59,381 bases of DNA, filler included, from Sphacelaria rigidula (GCA_964200075.2; 9 parts of 9 records of this genome joined end to end with filler, not necessarily neighbours in it), one strand, 5' to 3'; shown: positions 32,616-46,514, numbered from the whole stretch's first letter. A program made the numbers and translations. The notes: generated by a model not told the origin, from the letters alone.

Positions 32616-35214
32616 GACTGCGCACACGATGGTTTCAAAATTTTTGGCGATGTGACATGTACGCGGTTAGGACAAGTCAACTCGCTAGTCAACTCAGAGC
32701 CATCATTTCGATGAACAGATCATACTAGTCGTACATCATTTGTAATTCATACAGCTTCTTAGCTTGTGCATGGCTCAGTATAACCCGAAGGTATTCGCTT
32801 CATACCTTCCATGACTACCGGGGTGAATAATCGGCACATAGTCAACCCTGCACTGAAAATTTGGATGCATCGATTGTACATGTCATGCACTTCTTATTAT
32901 CATGAGTCGGGAACGTCATGTGCAACTTGTTTGACCAACTTGTTGGNNNNNNNNNNNNNNNNNNNNNNNNNNNNNNNNNNNNNNNNNNNNTTAATTAATT
33001 AANNNNNNNNNNNNNNNNNNNNNNNNNNNNNNNNNNNNNNNNNNNNTCCAGAGCTGATTTCGTGCCAATAGCTGTTGCGAATACGTTGTGGTTTCCAGGC
33101 AGAGGGTTTCATCTCCGGCAACAGTTTTTCTTGTACGACTGCGTCTTGAGTTCCGTCACGAGCGAGCTTGCCCATGCCTTGTTACGCTCTCGCTTACAAT
33201 CTGGCTGTGGACTCCGTCCGACTTGCATACTATTCGACATACATTTTCTGTGCTATTTCATGCGAGATTTTGCCTCCACCTAACGTCGTATTCTGGAGTT
33301 GTTAGATACAACACTTGCTGCAGCAGTCGACGTGTGAATATGGGATTCACTTAATTGATATCATCTCGCAGACGCTCAGTTACCTTCACTCGAATATTTG
33401 CGACTTGGTATGCTTTGGAAAAAGAAGCAGGTCGTGCTCTGGACATTTTCCAATCTTATATTGTCGGAACAATACGGAGTAAAACCCCGTTCATCGAGGA
33501 AGTGTTGGTGGCATTATAGTATCGCAAAACATGGTTCTTCGGCTGTAGAGCAATAAATATAAAAAAGAGAAAAATAAAAAAATGAGATGCGAAAATTTTC
33601 TCAACAACGGTCCGGATCGGTTTGGTCAAGCGAAAATATCAAAGAGCGAGAACTGGGGGCTGTACACTTGTACGACCCGCGACGGGCGGTGAGCCCGATT
33701 TTATTTTGCGTTCAAGACAGTCTTACGCCAAAATGAAAAAATGATTTAGGATTGCCGGCATACGAACTGCAATGCACTTCTTCACAACAACTTTGCTTGT
33801 AGGATTCTCCACCGTGGGTGGATAATGAGCCATGAAAGTTGGCACACTAAATGGACACTACACAGGCAGCATGTGCACCAGTCGGCGGCATGTTTGGCTT
33901 GTGCGCCAAAACAGCACAGCGATTAGCGTAATACCCTTTATAAGCCCTCGAAACGGCTTTCCCGCAGACCAAACTTCGTGCCCTAACCCTTATTGCATAT
34001 GACGCTGGTGCACTAGCTTCCACATAATGCACAGCTGGGCGGCTGCTGCGCTGGGGAACAAGGTCAGTCTGTACTGGGGTACCATGTGGACTATGACCAT
34101 ACAATATGTACAAAACTGAGTCACGTCGCCTGTACAGGTGCTCTGTTCGGTAGCTACGTTCATATGTGCGCAGTTGGCGCTGCAACGCGCTGAAACTACG
34201 GCCTCACATCATGTTAATACCGACCCATACGGCGGACAGGGGCGATGCGAGTGTTTTTCTTTTCAAGAAGTTCAGAAATTACTTGTAATAAAATCAACTT
34301 TTATGGCAACGAATCTCGGTTTTTTCAAATCGGGGGGGCTCAAATTCGCGAATTCAAAATCGGGGGGACCGTTTTTTGGTACAGACAGACAGTATCACAG
34401 ATTTGTGAAACAGTTCTGTACACAGGCAATTAAATTCTGCATGAGTGTGGTGTTGCGTACTCGTGGCATGCAGCTGAAGAGCAGGCGTGCGGTGAATAAT
34501 CCTTCGAGTATAGCGTCGTACCTCGGTACCGTAGGGTATACAGTGTAGAACACTCCATCATTACATGATAATGCCGTGTGGTATTAAAGTACATGCTGAC
34601 ACAGTCGGTATTGCGAGAACAGTGTACAGTGCGCGAGAAAAGCTCAGTAGTGCAGTGCTATACATCACCCTGCAACTACAGCGACAACATAGTAGGAGAG
34701 TACGGTTTCTTTCGTTATAGTGATACATATGGCAGCGCACTGCAGCATAAAATATCAACATCACCATCGAGTACGGCGTAATCACTTTTTATCCGCTTGG
34801 CAAACCCTGTGCGAAGCTGCTGAGGCAGCTGGCGCGGGCAGGCACGCCCTGCGCTGTCACGAGACTATCTTCTGCTGCTGTTGCAAAAATATCACACGTC
34901 GAACGGGTCACTTTCTACAGGACACGGGTCATACAGCTCAAGTGTAAACACACCTGTGTATACGATTTGGGTGATACAGTGCAACTAATTATGGAACGGT
35001 CCTGGTGCTCCGGATATCATCGATCAGGAGGGAGGTATCTTGTAAGGGTTATAAGGATACACAGGTTCACCTGATTCGGATTACATGGGTGTGCCCAAGG
35101 AGATCATGTACGGATACTCGGGTCATACACATCATCATAGTGCATATATGTACAAATCACACACATCATACAGATCATCATCAGACGGATATGTACAAAT
35201 CGCACGGGTAGTAC

Positions 35215-35630
35215 AGGTGAGGTGAGGAATAGTGAATGCTGTTTATTGTATACTTCATTCGGATGCGCCGACAGTGCACATCTTCAGAAAAAATATGCAG
35301 GCCTACCGTGGAACCACTCGGAAAAAAATATATGTACTTCATGTTCCATATGCCCGGGTTGCTACAGCCAATATACGGACTTGTGACCATGCACATTGTA
35401 CCAGGGACAGGTTAGCAGGTGAGGATTACTGAATACTGTTTATTGTATATTTCATTCGGATGCGCCGACAGTGCACATCTTCGAAAAAAATATGCACCCC
35501 TACCGTGGAACCACTCGGAATAAAACATATGTACTGTACTTCATGTTCCATATGCCCGGGTTGCCACGGCCAACGTCCGGACTTGTGAATATGCCTTTTA
35601 CCCGGGCCATGCAGGTCAACAGGTGAAGGA
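35215..35630. repeat. ~197-bp tandem duplication
   Basis: GTGAGGA...TGTTTATTGTATA.TTCATTCGGATGCGCCGACAGTGCACATCTTC...CCGTGGAACCACTCGGAA...ATGCCCGGGTTGC twice. Confidence 0.85.
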
Positions 35631-38600
35631 GCTGAACACTCTTATCTTGCATACTTGATCTGGATCTTACGGGTGTGGGAAAGGGTTTCTTGTATACTGT
35701 GCTAGATTCGGATTCCACAGGTAAGGGGTAGCTCTTGGTATACATGAATTTCCAATCGCACGGGTAGACGACAAGCTACTGCGCTTGCCTGACCCCAGTG
35801 ATATAAATGACAACTATGTGATGTTGTACAGATGACACGGGTCTGCAGATCAGCTGTACACAAAAGTGTGTGTGTGAAGCGGGTCGCATAGCTCGTCGTT
35901 CGGCAAACATGTACGGGTCAAGTGGGTCCTACGGATCAGTACCGGACAAACATATACGGGTGACAGCTCACCTCGGACGGATCAAGATCTATGCCCCAAA
36001 TGAGCTGACCCGGATCTGTCACGAGTTAATCCGTCCGACGTGTGAAGAATATCAAACGCCTCGTACCGTACCATCGTACGTCAATGCACGTACATCATCT
36101 AAAAAAATCGGGGGGAGTCACAATCCCCTAATGATTTGGTCCAAATCGGTGTCAACAACATGCGTTCCCCGATCCTTTTTCCCCCAATGCTCGAAAAACC
36201 GAGATTGGTGACTGCCATAAAATATGGGAGAAGTGCTGAGATCATACCCAAATCACCCAATATTTGGGTAGGATACTGAGATCATATCCAACCTAGTTCT
36301 GAGAGGAGGCAAAAATAAAAGAAACTTGAAACTTTTAACTTGTTGGAACTAGGCAGGTTTCTGTCATTTTTGTCTCCCGTTATTTTTCAGATGGAAGATA
36401 CCGATGATTTCGAGGGACGTACCAGGTAATTACTTTTGGGCGTCGGGGATTTCTGAAAAATCCAGTAATATTAGCTCACATCTTCCCATAATAGTGTGTC
36501 TCATATCGGTGTGCGAACGTGATATTTTTTGTGGACATGCTCGGGACTAACTGTACTGCACTCTACGTTGCACCGTGATCTCGCGGCTGCACCTGTCGAG
36601 TGCTGAAGGCAGGCACTGAACGATACCATACAACGATAACACCGCAGCACCTTGCGCTCCTAGTACTGCACTGCATTATGCTACAACTACAGTACTGTTG
36701 CCACGGCCAAACGGACATGTACCGCACGGTATAAGGGCACATCAGTATCTCGCGCTAAAGTACTGCACGGCAGCTACACTGCACTGCAGCTACAGAACTG
36801 TATGTTGTCACAACGTAACGGTTGCGGAAGGAGCGATCTCCGGCACAACTCTAAACCCACATGAATCTCATGTACCGGGAACATACGAATCAAACATGCA
36901 TGGAAATGAACGGCAAATACCATATCACAGCGACCAGCACGGCACTTTACTTTACAGGGAAAATACTAGGCTTCACTAAAGATGACTGTCAGCACCTCTG
37001 CTACTTCGGGGCCGTGTAACTATCAACCGCGTATACCGCCCCAGCGGGTAGTTTATGGTGTATAACACCCCCTGGGTGTTGGTTTTATCATATCAACTCT
37101 TCGGTACCTGTGACGCACATCGTGTGTTTCTTTTTCTTCAAAAACTTCAGAAATTAGTTTTGAAAGTGTTGAATTCTCGGCAGAAAATGCCCACCCTTCG
37201 CGAGAAAACCTATGTCAAAGCCAGCTTGCCATATGGTGGTATACCCCGTGACCTTGTGTAAGATCTGAAAGGAACAAGTCCAACTTGGACACGGAGCTGC
37301 TGAGCGAACGGTACTATTTCGCGACTTACCTCTTCACGCATCGCCCATACGCGGGGTCTCGATCTCCAGGAGATGCTTCGGAAAAAGTGATGAACGCGAG
37401 GCATGCCACAAGCCATGCGCAAAATAGCAGAGCCATGGGAGCATTTGCGTAATCTCCGAAAGTGCGCCAAGAGGTTGAGAAATGACTACATTCTAAATTG
37501 GCACATAGGTGTGTGTATGTCACACATCACTTACTACCGATACGGGGTATATCACCCGGGGGTATCAAATACGGGATATATCACCCTGGATGATCAAAGT
37601 CAACATCGTTTTTCTCTATGAGAAGAGCACCGCACCATGTGTAGCCGATTTTCCGGAGTATTATACATTTCAGAAGACTCAACGTTTAACGATGGCTTCC
37701 GTGATTGTCGAAATATTGAGCATGTAAAGTCGGAGCGTGCTTACCACCCCAGGTGATATACCCCATACACATAGCCCATGGTAAGGGTCGTGCGCCAAAT
37801 CAAGCTGACTATGTCAATCAGTGCAGGCGGTAGTACAAGTTCCCATTACGACAGACGAGGCGTCTACTCATAATCGTCGATGTTGTTTACTGCTGCCTTT
37901 TCGCTGCAGGTTTTACTCCGTATTTAGGGGGTGTCGTTGCACATTTTGTTTTCGATTAAAATATACTTCCTCTGTGATCACTGTATCAGGTCGTTTCGAG
38001 GGAAAATGTAATGCCATGTGCTCTTCCGCGACTTTTTCTGAACGTTTTTTTGGCGGTTTCAGGATCTTCTGGAGCGGAGCCCAAAATCAATGTCTTCGCA
38101 GCACCCTCAAGATAGACCCACGAACACCTACGGTAAGCGGAGGGTAGTCGCCGCGGAGGACACGAAGCCACCGGTTGACCGCTGTGACGGCGCTGACTTG
38201 TCAGTAGTCTTCTAGTTGGTTGTCTCTTAAACCGTCACACCGCCTTCCCACTGTTTTTTTCAAGCTTTTTTTGCGTGGTTCTCGAGGCGTTTTGGAGAAT
38301 CGCCCAGAACCAACGTTTTCTCTGAGCCGATCAACACAGCACTATTTGCGCCCACAATCCCGAGTCCTGAGTTTGTTCACCGCCTCCGGGGACGATATAT
38401 GATGTCACCCCCGGGTCCAAAATTATTATTACTAGTTTGTAATGATACCACCTGTATTGCGTAGGTTTGCTGGTCGGAAATAGCGTTCAATTCACGCCCA
38501 GAATGGCATATCGAGCCAAACCTGGGAAATATTTGTTGTTCGACTTGCAAACAGTCCGTTGTACAAGCCCGGTTTGAGATTTTTCACCCCCGGGGGCGAT

Positions 38601-39655
38601 ATATATGTTGTTACCCTCGGGTCAAACATGTTTTTCTTTTTCGCGTCCATATATATGATACCGAACATATTATGCGGAACACACAACGTTCGTCTCATGA
38701 TCGAAAACACGCGTCGGAGCATGCATGCGTACTCGACTTACACAATCGACGTTTTCCATTCGGGCTTATGACACGGGATTTTACAAATTGGGGATGGATC
38801 TTTTATTGCGGATGAAAACCCGGAGAGTGTAAATGTTCGTATCCACACGAAATCTTCGAAGTATGCTTTCATTTCTTCACTTACTTACCGGTAGCTAATG
38901 ACAACTACCACACGTCATACAAATTTGGGTTTTGACAGCCGAAATGTCAGGGTCCTAGGTGAAAAACCAAAAAAATGGCGTCCGACTGGACACCTGAAAT
39001 TCCCAAGAAACAACGTTTTCGTAAAATCGAGAGTTGAAGATCCAAATGAGAGCGAGAAAGTTTATCCGAACCGCGCCAACGGGGGCCTTTTGAATTGTTC
39101 CACGACACTTTGGGTTGTAGTATAAGAAGGGGCTATTTGAAGCTTGAAGCAGACGTACTCAAAGTTCGAGTTGAGTATTAGTTGCTCCACTTCGCGTCCT
39201 CCAACGAAGGCCATGACTGGTCTTGCCGGTACAGCGTGGGGAGGGTATTTTCGGCGGGTGTAGGGCCGGAATCACCTTCAAGGAGTGATTCCTTCTCGCT
39301 ACTACCCTTGGTCAAGGCTGTGGTGTGGTGGTAGAGTTGGGTCAACACGGTGCTCATCAGGCATACCCATTCCTCTGCGGGCTCTTTGATTTGAAGATGT
39401 GAACACGGGCTGGGCCAGCTTGAAAGCGGCAGAACATTGCCCACCCTACAGCTTTCCCAGCTTCCCGAATGAACCCGATGTAAGTATCACTAACAACAGT
39501 GTTTTCGTGAGATTGAGAGTAGATGATACGATTGAGAGTGAAAAGCGGTCAATCANNNNNNNNNNNNNNNNNNNNNNNNNNNNNNNNNNNNNNNNNNNNT
39601 TAATTAATTAANNNNNNNNNNNNNNNNNNNNNNNNNNNNNNNNNNNNNNNNNNNN

Positions 39656-39729
39656 GGGAAGATATGGTATCAGGATTGATGTTCGCGGATGATTTTGTGG
39701 GGGTTTCAGGAACACCAGAAGGGCTACAG
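39656..39729 (+). mobile_element. LINE reverse-transcriptase catalytic-motif fragment
   Basis: EDMVSGLMFADDFVGVSGTPEGLQ, homologous to the RT at ~5450-5510. Confidence 0.85.
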
Positions 39730-39759
39730 ATGGTACGCCCCCCCCCTCCCCTGTGCCGG

Positions 39760-42465
39760 TGAGCGGTCTCGTCGGCCGTTGCAGAAGCTGCGCACACAGA
39801 ACAGTCCACATTGAAGGTACACCGCTTGCCGAGGAAGTGGACTGGATACTAACACCTGCGGGGGGCAAGTATAACGCTTAGAGTGGAAGCGGGCTGGGCG
39901 CAGGTGGCAAGGGGGGCAGGTACAACGCGCCCGGGGGAAATATACTGTAAGCAACCACTGGGAGGACAGTACAAAACATAATTTTTCAGATGTTGAAGCT
40001 GTGTCGACACTCGGGGAGATCCATAGTGCGAGAAAAATTAACTTTTTCCGCACGGGGACGAGGCTCTACAGTAGCAGTAGGGGAAAACTCATCTCCGCTA
40101 CTCGATTTTGGGGTGTCGGGCGAAGAACGAAGCTCTATAGAGCGAGTGTTGTGGATCGCGGCATACATGGAGGAAGGGCAGTACAATGATGGGCCCATCT
40201 AATCTGATGGAAAAGTTCCGGAGGGCTGGCTGCGGGAATTGGCAATCTACCGCAGTCAGGGGGGGGATGTTTGAGCCCGTACGAAGACGGTTACATAAAC
40301 ATGCCTCTTTACATCCGACTTGAACTCGGTTCTTTCAGAATCGATGAAAGCCGGCCCCCTGTTTTTTACTCCAATGGAAGGGAACAAAGTGACCTGAGAC
40401 ATGAGATTCAAAACCACCACCGGAAGAGAGAATCTGAATCGATCCTGAAGCTGAGATCAAGACACCCTGACATTCAGGATGAGCTGTTCCTCGTTAAACT
40501 GATCATCCCTTGTGGGTTTTGCCCTGCGATACATGGTGAGCGAGTACGTACAAATCATTGCATACTACTGTATTGCACATGGATGAATATGCCGCATGTG
40601 TGGTTGAAGCAGGAAATTTCACTTCATGCCCCGTCTTGTGAAGATCCGTCATCACAGTGCTTGAGCAGCGATCATGGTAACCATAATAATTGAGACAGTA
40701 GTAAAAACGAACTTGTGCACGGATAAGCCAGAGAGGCTACTATACCGTTTGTCTGTAATACGAGACGAAGCAATCCCGCTACCGAGGGAAGGAGGCTCCA
40801 CAGTGAGTGAAAAATCAATGCCGCTCATCGAGGAACGAGACTCTCCAATAGTAGTAGAATCATAATCTCCGTTACTCGACGTGAAGATGTCGAGCGAGGG
40901 ACGATACTTTACAGACGGAAAACAGTCCTCAACGCCATCATCTGGAATTAAATTATACGTAAACCTGCCAGTGCCATGCGCGACTGTAGCTGCACTGACC
41001 GGCGGGGGCAATGCAGGAGTTGTGACTGTGGGCGCCGCACTACGGCGATACGTAGGTGGGGGGCGGGAGATCAATGGCGATAAAGATCGCGAACTACGGT
41101 AAAACGTGATCTACATTTTTACTGAAGTGTACCCCGGTCGGATCTAGGATGATATCATGTTCCTCCTGCACGTGGTGCGACGGGGAAGTACTGAAGTTGC
41201 TACCTTGTAGTTCGTATACACGGTGAAATATACACAACATTCTGCGAAGGAAGCAGGAAAATTTGTAGACAATCGCATGTGGAATCTCAATTTCAGACTA
41301 TTTAGTGCCGTCATCAGGAATATGGTTTCGTCGCGTATGATTGCGATCTCGATACCTTGAGAGAGGGGCTGTAAATCAAGAAAGGTTTTAATCCCAATTC
41401 CAGGCGAGTCGTCTCTGCTGCAGGGGTGTAATACTGAAGTAAAGAGTGCGACACTTCGCTTGGGCTCCCGAACATCGCAATATGGTATACGATCTGTGGT
41501 ACAGTGATCTTATCGATGATTATCTCCCATGCGCCCCGAGCCCTGTCATCATGACCAAACGACATTCTGAGGTCTCTCTCGGGCTCAGCAAAGACTCCGA
41601 TCGGGTTGTGTGAAACGGGCGTCGAAACATCTCTCTTGCCGAAAGTAAGCCACCATCTCCACCTGGAACACACGAAACTCAGCCCTGAGGGTGTCGCCCG
41701 CTTACACCGACGCGTCCCACCGGCGAGTGCCGTTATGCTTACGCACTCTTACAGTGTTTGCAGGAGCTGTTTGCCTTTGCATCAAGTCCCCTCCTGCGTG
41801 TAGGGGGGAAATAACGGGGTTGACTTTATCTGGGTTTATCGTGTTCGCGTTTCCAGGGATTCCCTGATAGAACCTGTATTCTCGTGCTGTATTTCTCTAT
41901 CACGCTCATGATCTTCGATTACCTCGCGTTGAAGTGCTTCAATAGGTTGCTTACTCCTGAGCTCTTGCGCCATTTCCCCTCCGCCATTCATCTCCCTAGG
42001 GGTGGCCTGTTTGGTGGTCGAATTCAAAATGGGTAAACGTTTCCTAGATCTAGAAAATTTGCCTGAATGCATTTGCCCAGGTACTTGCATTGAAGAGATG
42101 TGAACCTTTGAGGTAGTAGCCGTGAATCAATAGGCAGGTTGTGATCGAGATCTCAAGTGTTGTTGTATTCACGCTTTGAGTTTTGCTTCTGTCGAGTTTG
42201 TAATCAACTCGTCCTTTTATCAAGTATCGTGGGCTTCTGGTTTCTCCTCGATGTGTCCGACGTGGGATCAGCTTGAGTCTTCCGTGTGATGGGTCCATGT
42301 CACAGTAGCCCGGTGTTTGATACCGTAGTCTTGTTTGAGCGATGCGCAACAACATGATACCTAAAATCATATCTCTTGAGCTTTGTTGCAAGTTACGGTC
42401 GTTGCTCTTAACTTTCCGTGACCTTGTCTCGTGTGGTTGGTGCTGCACGAGAAACTTACGAGTTG
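39760..42465 (-). mobile_element. Heavily degraded LTR-retrotransposon-like (probably Copia) coding remnant
   Basis: Broken intronless reading on the minus strand, including ...HHVQEEHDIILDPTGVHF (~41120-41190), reminiscent of the post-protease region of Copia polyproteins; no intact diagnostic motif. Confidence 0.35.
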
Positions 42466-42469
42466 TCGC

Positions 42470-42680
42470 TGTATTGCGTGAAAGGACCGCGTGCTTAGAG
42501 GACCGCATCGGAATTTGAACACCCCTGTGGTTAGGGTTAGGATTAGGGTTAGTGTTGGGGTTAGGGTCAGGGGCGTGGTACCTGCAGGGACTAACCCGAT
42601 TGGTTTTGAAAAACGTCGATTCTGAGATGTTTTGAAGTACGGCGCGGTCCTCTAAGCACGCGGTCCTCTCACACATTACA
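42470..42680. mobile_element. 211-bp MITE with ~50-bp TIRs, TGT...ACA ends and 5-bp TSD, containing telomere-like repeats
   Basis: TSD GTCGC at 42465-42469 and 42681-42685; TIR TGTATTGCGTGAAAGGACCGCGTGCTTAGAGGACCGC / GCGGTCCTCTAAGCACGCGGTCCTCTCACACATTACA; core GGTTAGGGTTAGGATTAGGGTTAGTGTTGGGGTTAGGGTCAGGGG. Confidence 0.85.
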
Positions 42681-45600
42681 GTCGCTGTCACAGTAGCCTA
42701 GATTCGATCCAGTGGACTCTGTATTGAGCGACCAGTCGGGTCAGGGTCGCTGCAGAAAGATGTCAATACCCCAGCGTTTTACTCTAGACACAGGATTGGG
42801 TGCGAGTGACCAGACAGCCGTTGCTGTCTTGTGTGCCAGAGGGTCGACTGACACGGCCACGGCTCACATTTCCCTCTGCCCAATTTTCGTGAGTCTGCTT
42901 CTCACCGTCTGCACTGTACAATCTACATACTTAACGATAAGTAAGCTTTCTAAAATCCTGGCGTGCCGATTTTTACGAAGCTCTCTTAACTCGTTAGCGT
43001 GATTGATAGCTACTTGAACTGTGGAGACACTCAACCCAGAGGGGATATCATTTTTCCTTTTGGTTTTATTCAGCCATTCACCCTTGGCTTACCACTCAGA
43101 CATCGACCATAGACCACACGCTCCTCCCGAGCTGCTACTAAGACCCGAGATGCTCGAATAAATGGAACAAAGGAACCAAGAAATCACGTGGGAAGAGGTG
43201 GGCGTCTTGCGACATATGCGGTACATCTATAACGATGCCGTCTCAATCACGTGATTGGTCCAGTCTCCAATAATTTGCCCCGGTAATCCAAATGCACTTA
43301 ATTTGACCCAGTTGCCCGAGTATCCTACTCCCAGTGCATATATGCACAAGGATCTCCGGCATTCGAAGATAGAGAGCATTCGTGTCGGGACGTTCGGAAT
43401 TCGACGGCATCGACCGCAAGCGGCGGTGCACATCTTACAACGCCCACGGCCAAATCCTTCGCTAGCGGAACTCCGTTCATGTGGTGCCGACGGGTCGGCT
43501 GAACACAAAGCGCCGTGACTACCCTGTGCAAACGTTGCAAACGTCGTGAATATGTAAACGGGGCCGATAATTAGTATTTTAGCAAAGTAGTCATGAGCAG
43601 TAACAGACGATAATGGATCGCTAGAAGCTATGAAAATCAGGGAACGAGGCAGGTCGTTAAATTTGTTTTTCACGTTCGTTTCGATGGAAATGTTGTTGCA
43701 GCTCAGGCCTTGCGAGAGAGGTGATCCCGTAGAGTAAAATCGTTGACAAACATATATCTAGCCTCTACGCCAACAATCCGCTTCTTGTCGTACAAACCGA
43801 CGTACATTGCCCACGATCCTCGCCCGCCCACCCGTCGGGTAGTTTCCGCTGCAAAAAGCAAAACCGCATGCAAACATCCGCGTACCTCATCTAATCTACA
43901 TGTGCCTGCAGCAGCCTCGATGATTTCCATGATCCTGTACTGCGGGTGCTCTCACAAACCAATTCGCACATCGCCTGCAATGTCGTGCCGGAGTTGTTGG
44001 CGGGGCCGAGTGTGTGGTCGAACAAGGGGATCGCAATCAATATTGTGCGCCGGCTATAATAGAATGTTGACTCAGAGTGAACTCATCATGAACCCGGATG
44101 CCCGTGTTGTGGGCAGATTCCATTTCGCGCACTTTTCCTCCGTGCGCCCAGTGTATCGTCAGACTGGACGCATGATATCTCACCCAACCCGAGAATAAGG
44201 ATATTTTGTAGGGAACTGACCTTTCGGCATTTGGTTTCGCCCGAAACAAAGCTGGGTGGATTTCGGCATCACATTCCTTGTGGATTGTCATGAAAAGAAT
44301 GCATACACCACATTCTTTTGTCTAGCCGACTTGTTGTTCAGAGGTCGCTCTCGAAATCTCGGATCTAAGCGACTCGCAAACGCTGCGTAGACTCCTGTCG
44401 GTGGGGCGATAGAAAGTGTTCAAAACCTATGAGGGAGATACCCCTATTTGGGAGGGCCAACAACCGTGTCAGACAGAAACCTCATAGGACGGTTGCGACT
44501 GTCGGGACGACCAGTTGAAAGCGAGCGCTACGCCCGAGACAAGGACGGGGATATAGTGCGAGACAGAGGTTCCATGAGAGAAAGGTAAGATCGATACTTT
44601 TCCACGTTACTGAGCTCCATATTGGTAATCATCGACCGAGCTGTCATCGATCTAATTGAACATGCTCACGCTCTGTCATGAACAACATTGATGATGCAAT
44701 ATGTAGTGCGGCACAAGTAGCATCAACCAGTGTTGCATATCGAACCGAAAATCAAGTTCGATAGATATTTTTAGAATATCGAACCACAAGTGCCGATATC
44801 GATAATTTTGTCGATATTCCGAAAANNNNNNNATGCCTGTTTTGGTATGGTCGCAGTGTAAAAGACCGAGCGGTACACTGGCACTGACACCCTCACTCAC
44901 TGATGTAGATCGCTCAAGATACCACACCCCCTAGACAGCTTTTCTAAGCTCACTTCTCACCAAAAGCGATGCCGGGGTTGAACTGGGCGGCGTTGCAACC
45001 ATGTCGAGAGAGAGGGATCAAGCTTTGAAATTCGCTCCTGAGGGGGTGGTATCTCAAGCAACCTACGGTAGTTTCCAGTGAGCAGCAGTGGACACGTGAT
45101 ATACCGCAGCGGGTAGTGTGCAAATTGGCATCATAGCATCGGCGGCATGCGGTGATACAGCTGTCTTGCGTCATCATAGTTGATCACAGACGGCCGGGTG
45201 TGGTATTGGTTATACTTCATTCCTACAGTCACCATTCCGTGCGTTTCGATCGAAAGAGCGAATACTTCGACTCTGCTCACTCATTAGAAAAGGAAAGGTG
45301 TCACAACGAACATGCGCAAACTCAAATGCGAGCTTTTTTTTCAGCTTTCTTCACCACCAATAACAACGTGGGCAGCATGTGCCAAGTTTTTAATTCTTGG
45401 ATGCCTAAATATGTATATTCGTGTCACTAGTCACTAGCCAAGAGGAAGAAACCACTACGCTTGCAACAATCAAAATGTAAAGAGCAACGAAGAGTAAAAT
45501 AAGTCCAACACTCATCAACATGAAGGAAAGGCGAAGCGACAGTACTGCCTCCTCATACCCCGAAGCACGGCTGTTTTCTACTGTCATCTGTAGCTTTGCA

Positions 45601-45859
45601 CTGATCGTGACCTCTTCTCAGCCACGCCACTCGTGTGTTGCCACTGGTATACACCCCCGCTAAATCTCATCACCCAACTCTAAATTCTCAACCCACGAAG
45701 CACGAGCGGTTACTCAGGCGCCTATCCTACGAGTAGATATTGCATCCATTTGCACTTTGCACACCGTGCAACCGCTCAACAGCTATGACAGCAAGGACAA
45801 CCTGTGAACACTGCGGAAACGCCGAACACACGAAGCAAGTCGGTTACTGCGGTGACAAC

Positions 45860-46164
45860 TCATGTGGAAGAGCGCAGCCTTTTCTTGGACCTCGGGTTAG
45901 AATCGTTCATGTTCCACGCGACTCCGTGGCACCCGTGAAGGAAGACCAGGTTCTTGACCGATTCGGCGCCTAACCTGTTCCGCTTATTGGTGACGATGTT
46001 GCCAGCGGCGGAGAACACACGCTCTGAGCTTCCCGACGAGGCGGGGACGGCTAGGTAGATGCAGGCCACCTTGTACAGGACAGGGAAGACCAGTCGTCTG
46101 TCGAACCACCAGCGCAGCACCGTCTGCGAAGAGGCCTCCGCCTCAAGGGTCTCACCCTGCAGGT
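45860..46164 (-). CDS. hAT-family transposase C-terminal dimerisation domain (5' end lost at contig edge)
   Basis: VLRWWFDRRLVFPVLYKVACIYLAVPASSGSSERVFSAAGNIVTNKRNRLGAESVKNLVFLH is a textbook hATC motif (WW...FP.L...A..YL..PASS..SERVFS.AG...T.KRNRL). Confidence 0.93.
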
Positions 46165-46264
46165 NNNNNNNNNNNNNNNNNNNNNNNNNNNNNNNNNNNN
46201 NNNNNNNNTTAATTAATTAANNNNNNNNNNNNNNNNNNNNNNNNNNNNNNNNNNNNNNNNNNNN

Positions 46265-46470
46265 TCAATCTTCAAGCGAGAAGCGCCGTGGTGTGCTCAA
46301 CAAGTCGCATGAAGGGTGAGCTGCATCCTGCCAAGATTGTTCCACCCGAAGCCTACTGATTATCTTGCATTCGGATGACAGCGTATAACGAGTTGCTTTA
46401 TTTTCTGATATCGCAGCTTCCAGAGACAGCCACGGCTTATACACTGCCTCATGGGTGTCTCACCTTACGA
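46265..46470 (-). mobile_element. SINE-like element (family B), internal fragment
   Basis: CAAGCGAGAAGCGCCGTGG...GTCGCATGAAGGGTGAGCTGCATCCTGCCAAGATTGTT...CATGGGTGTCTCAC matches 3430-3610. Confidence 0.75.
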
Positions 46471-46514
46471 CATTATGGGGGGCATCATGAGACGAAATAG
46501 GTTTTTTTATCATT

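Noticed and set aside
33047..39555. Host genes or RNA genes in contig 6
   Set aside because: Only dispersed repeats, duplications and short ORFs lacking motifs; no tRNA or rRNA structure recognised.
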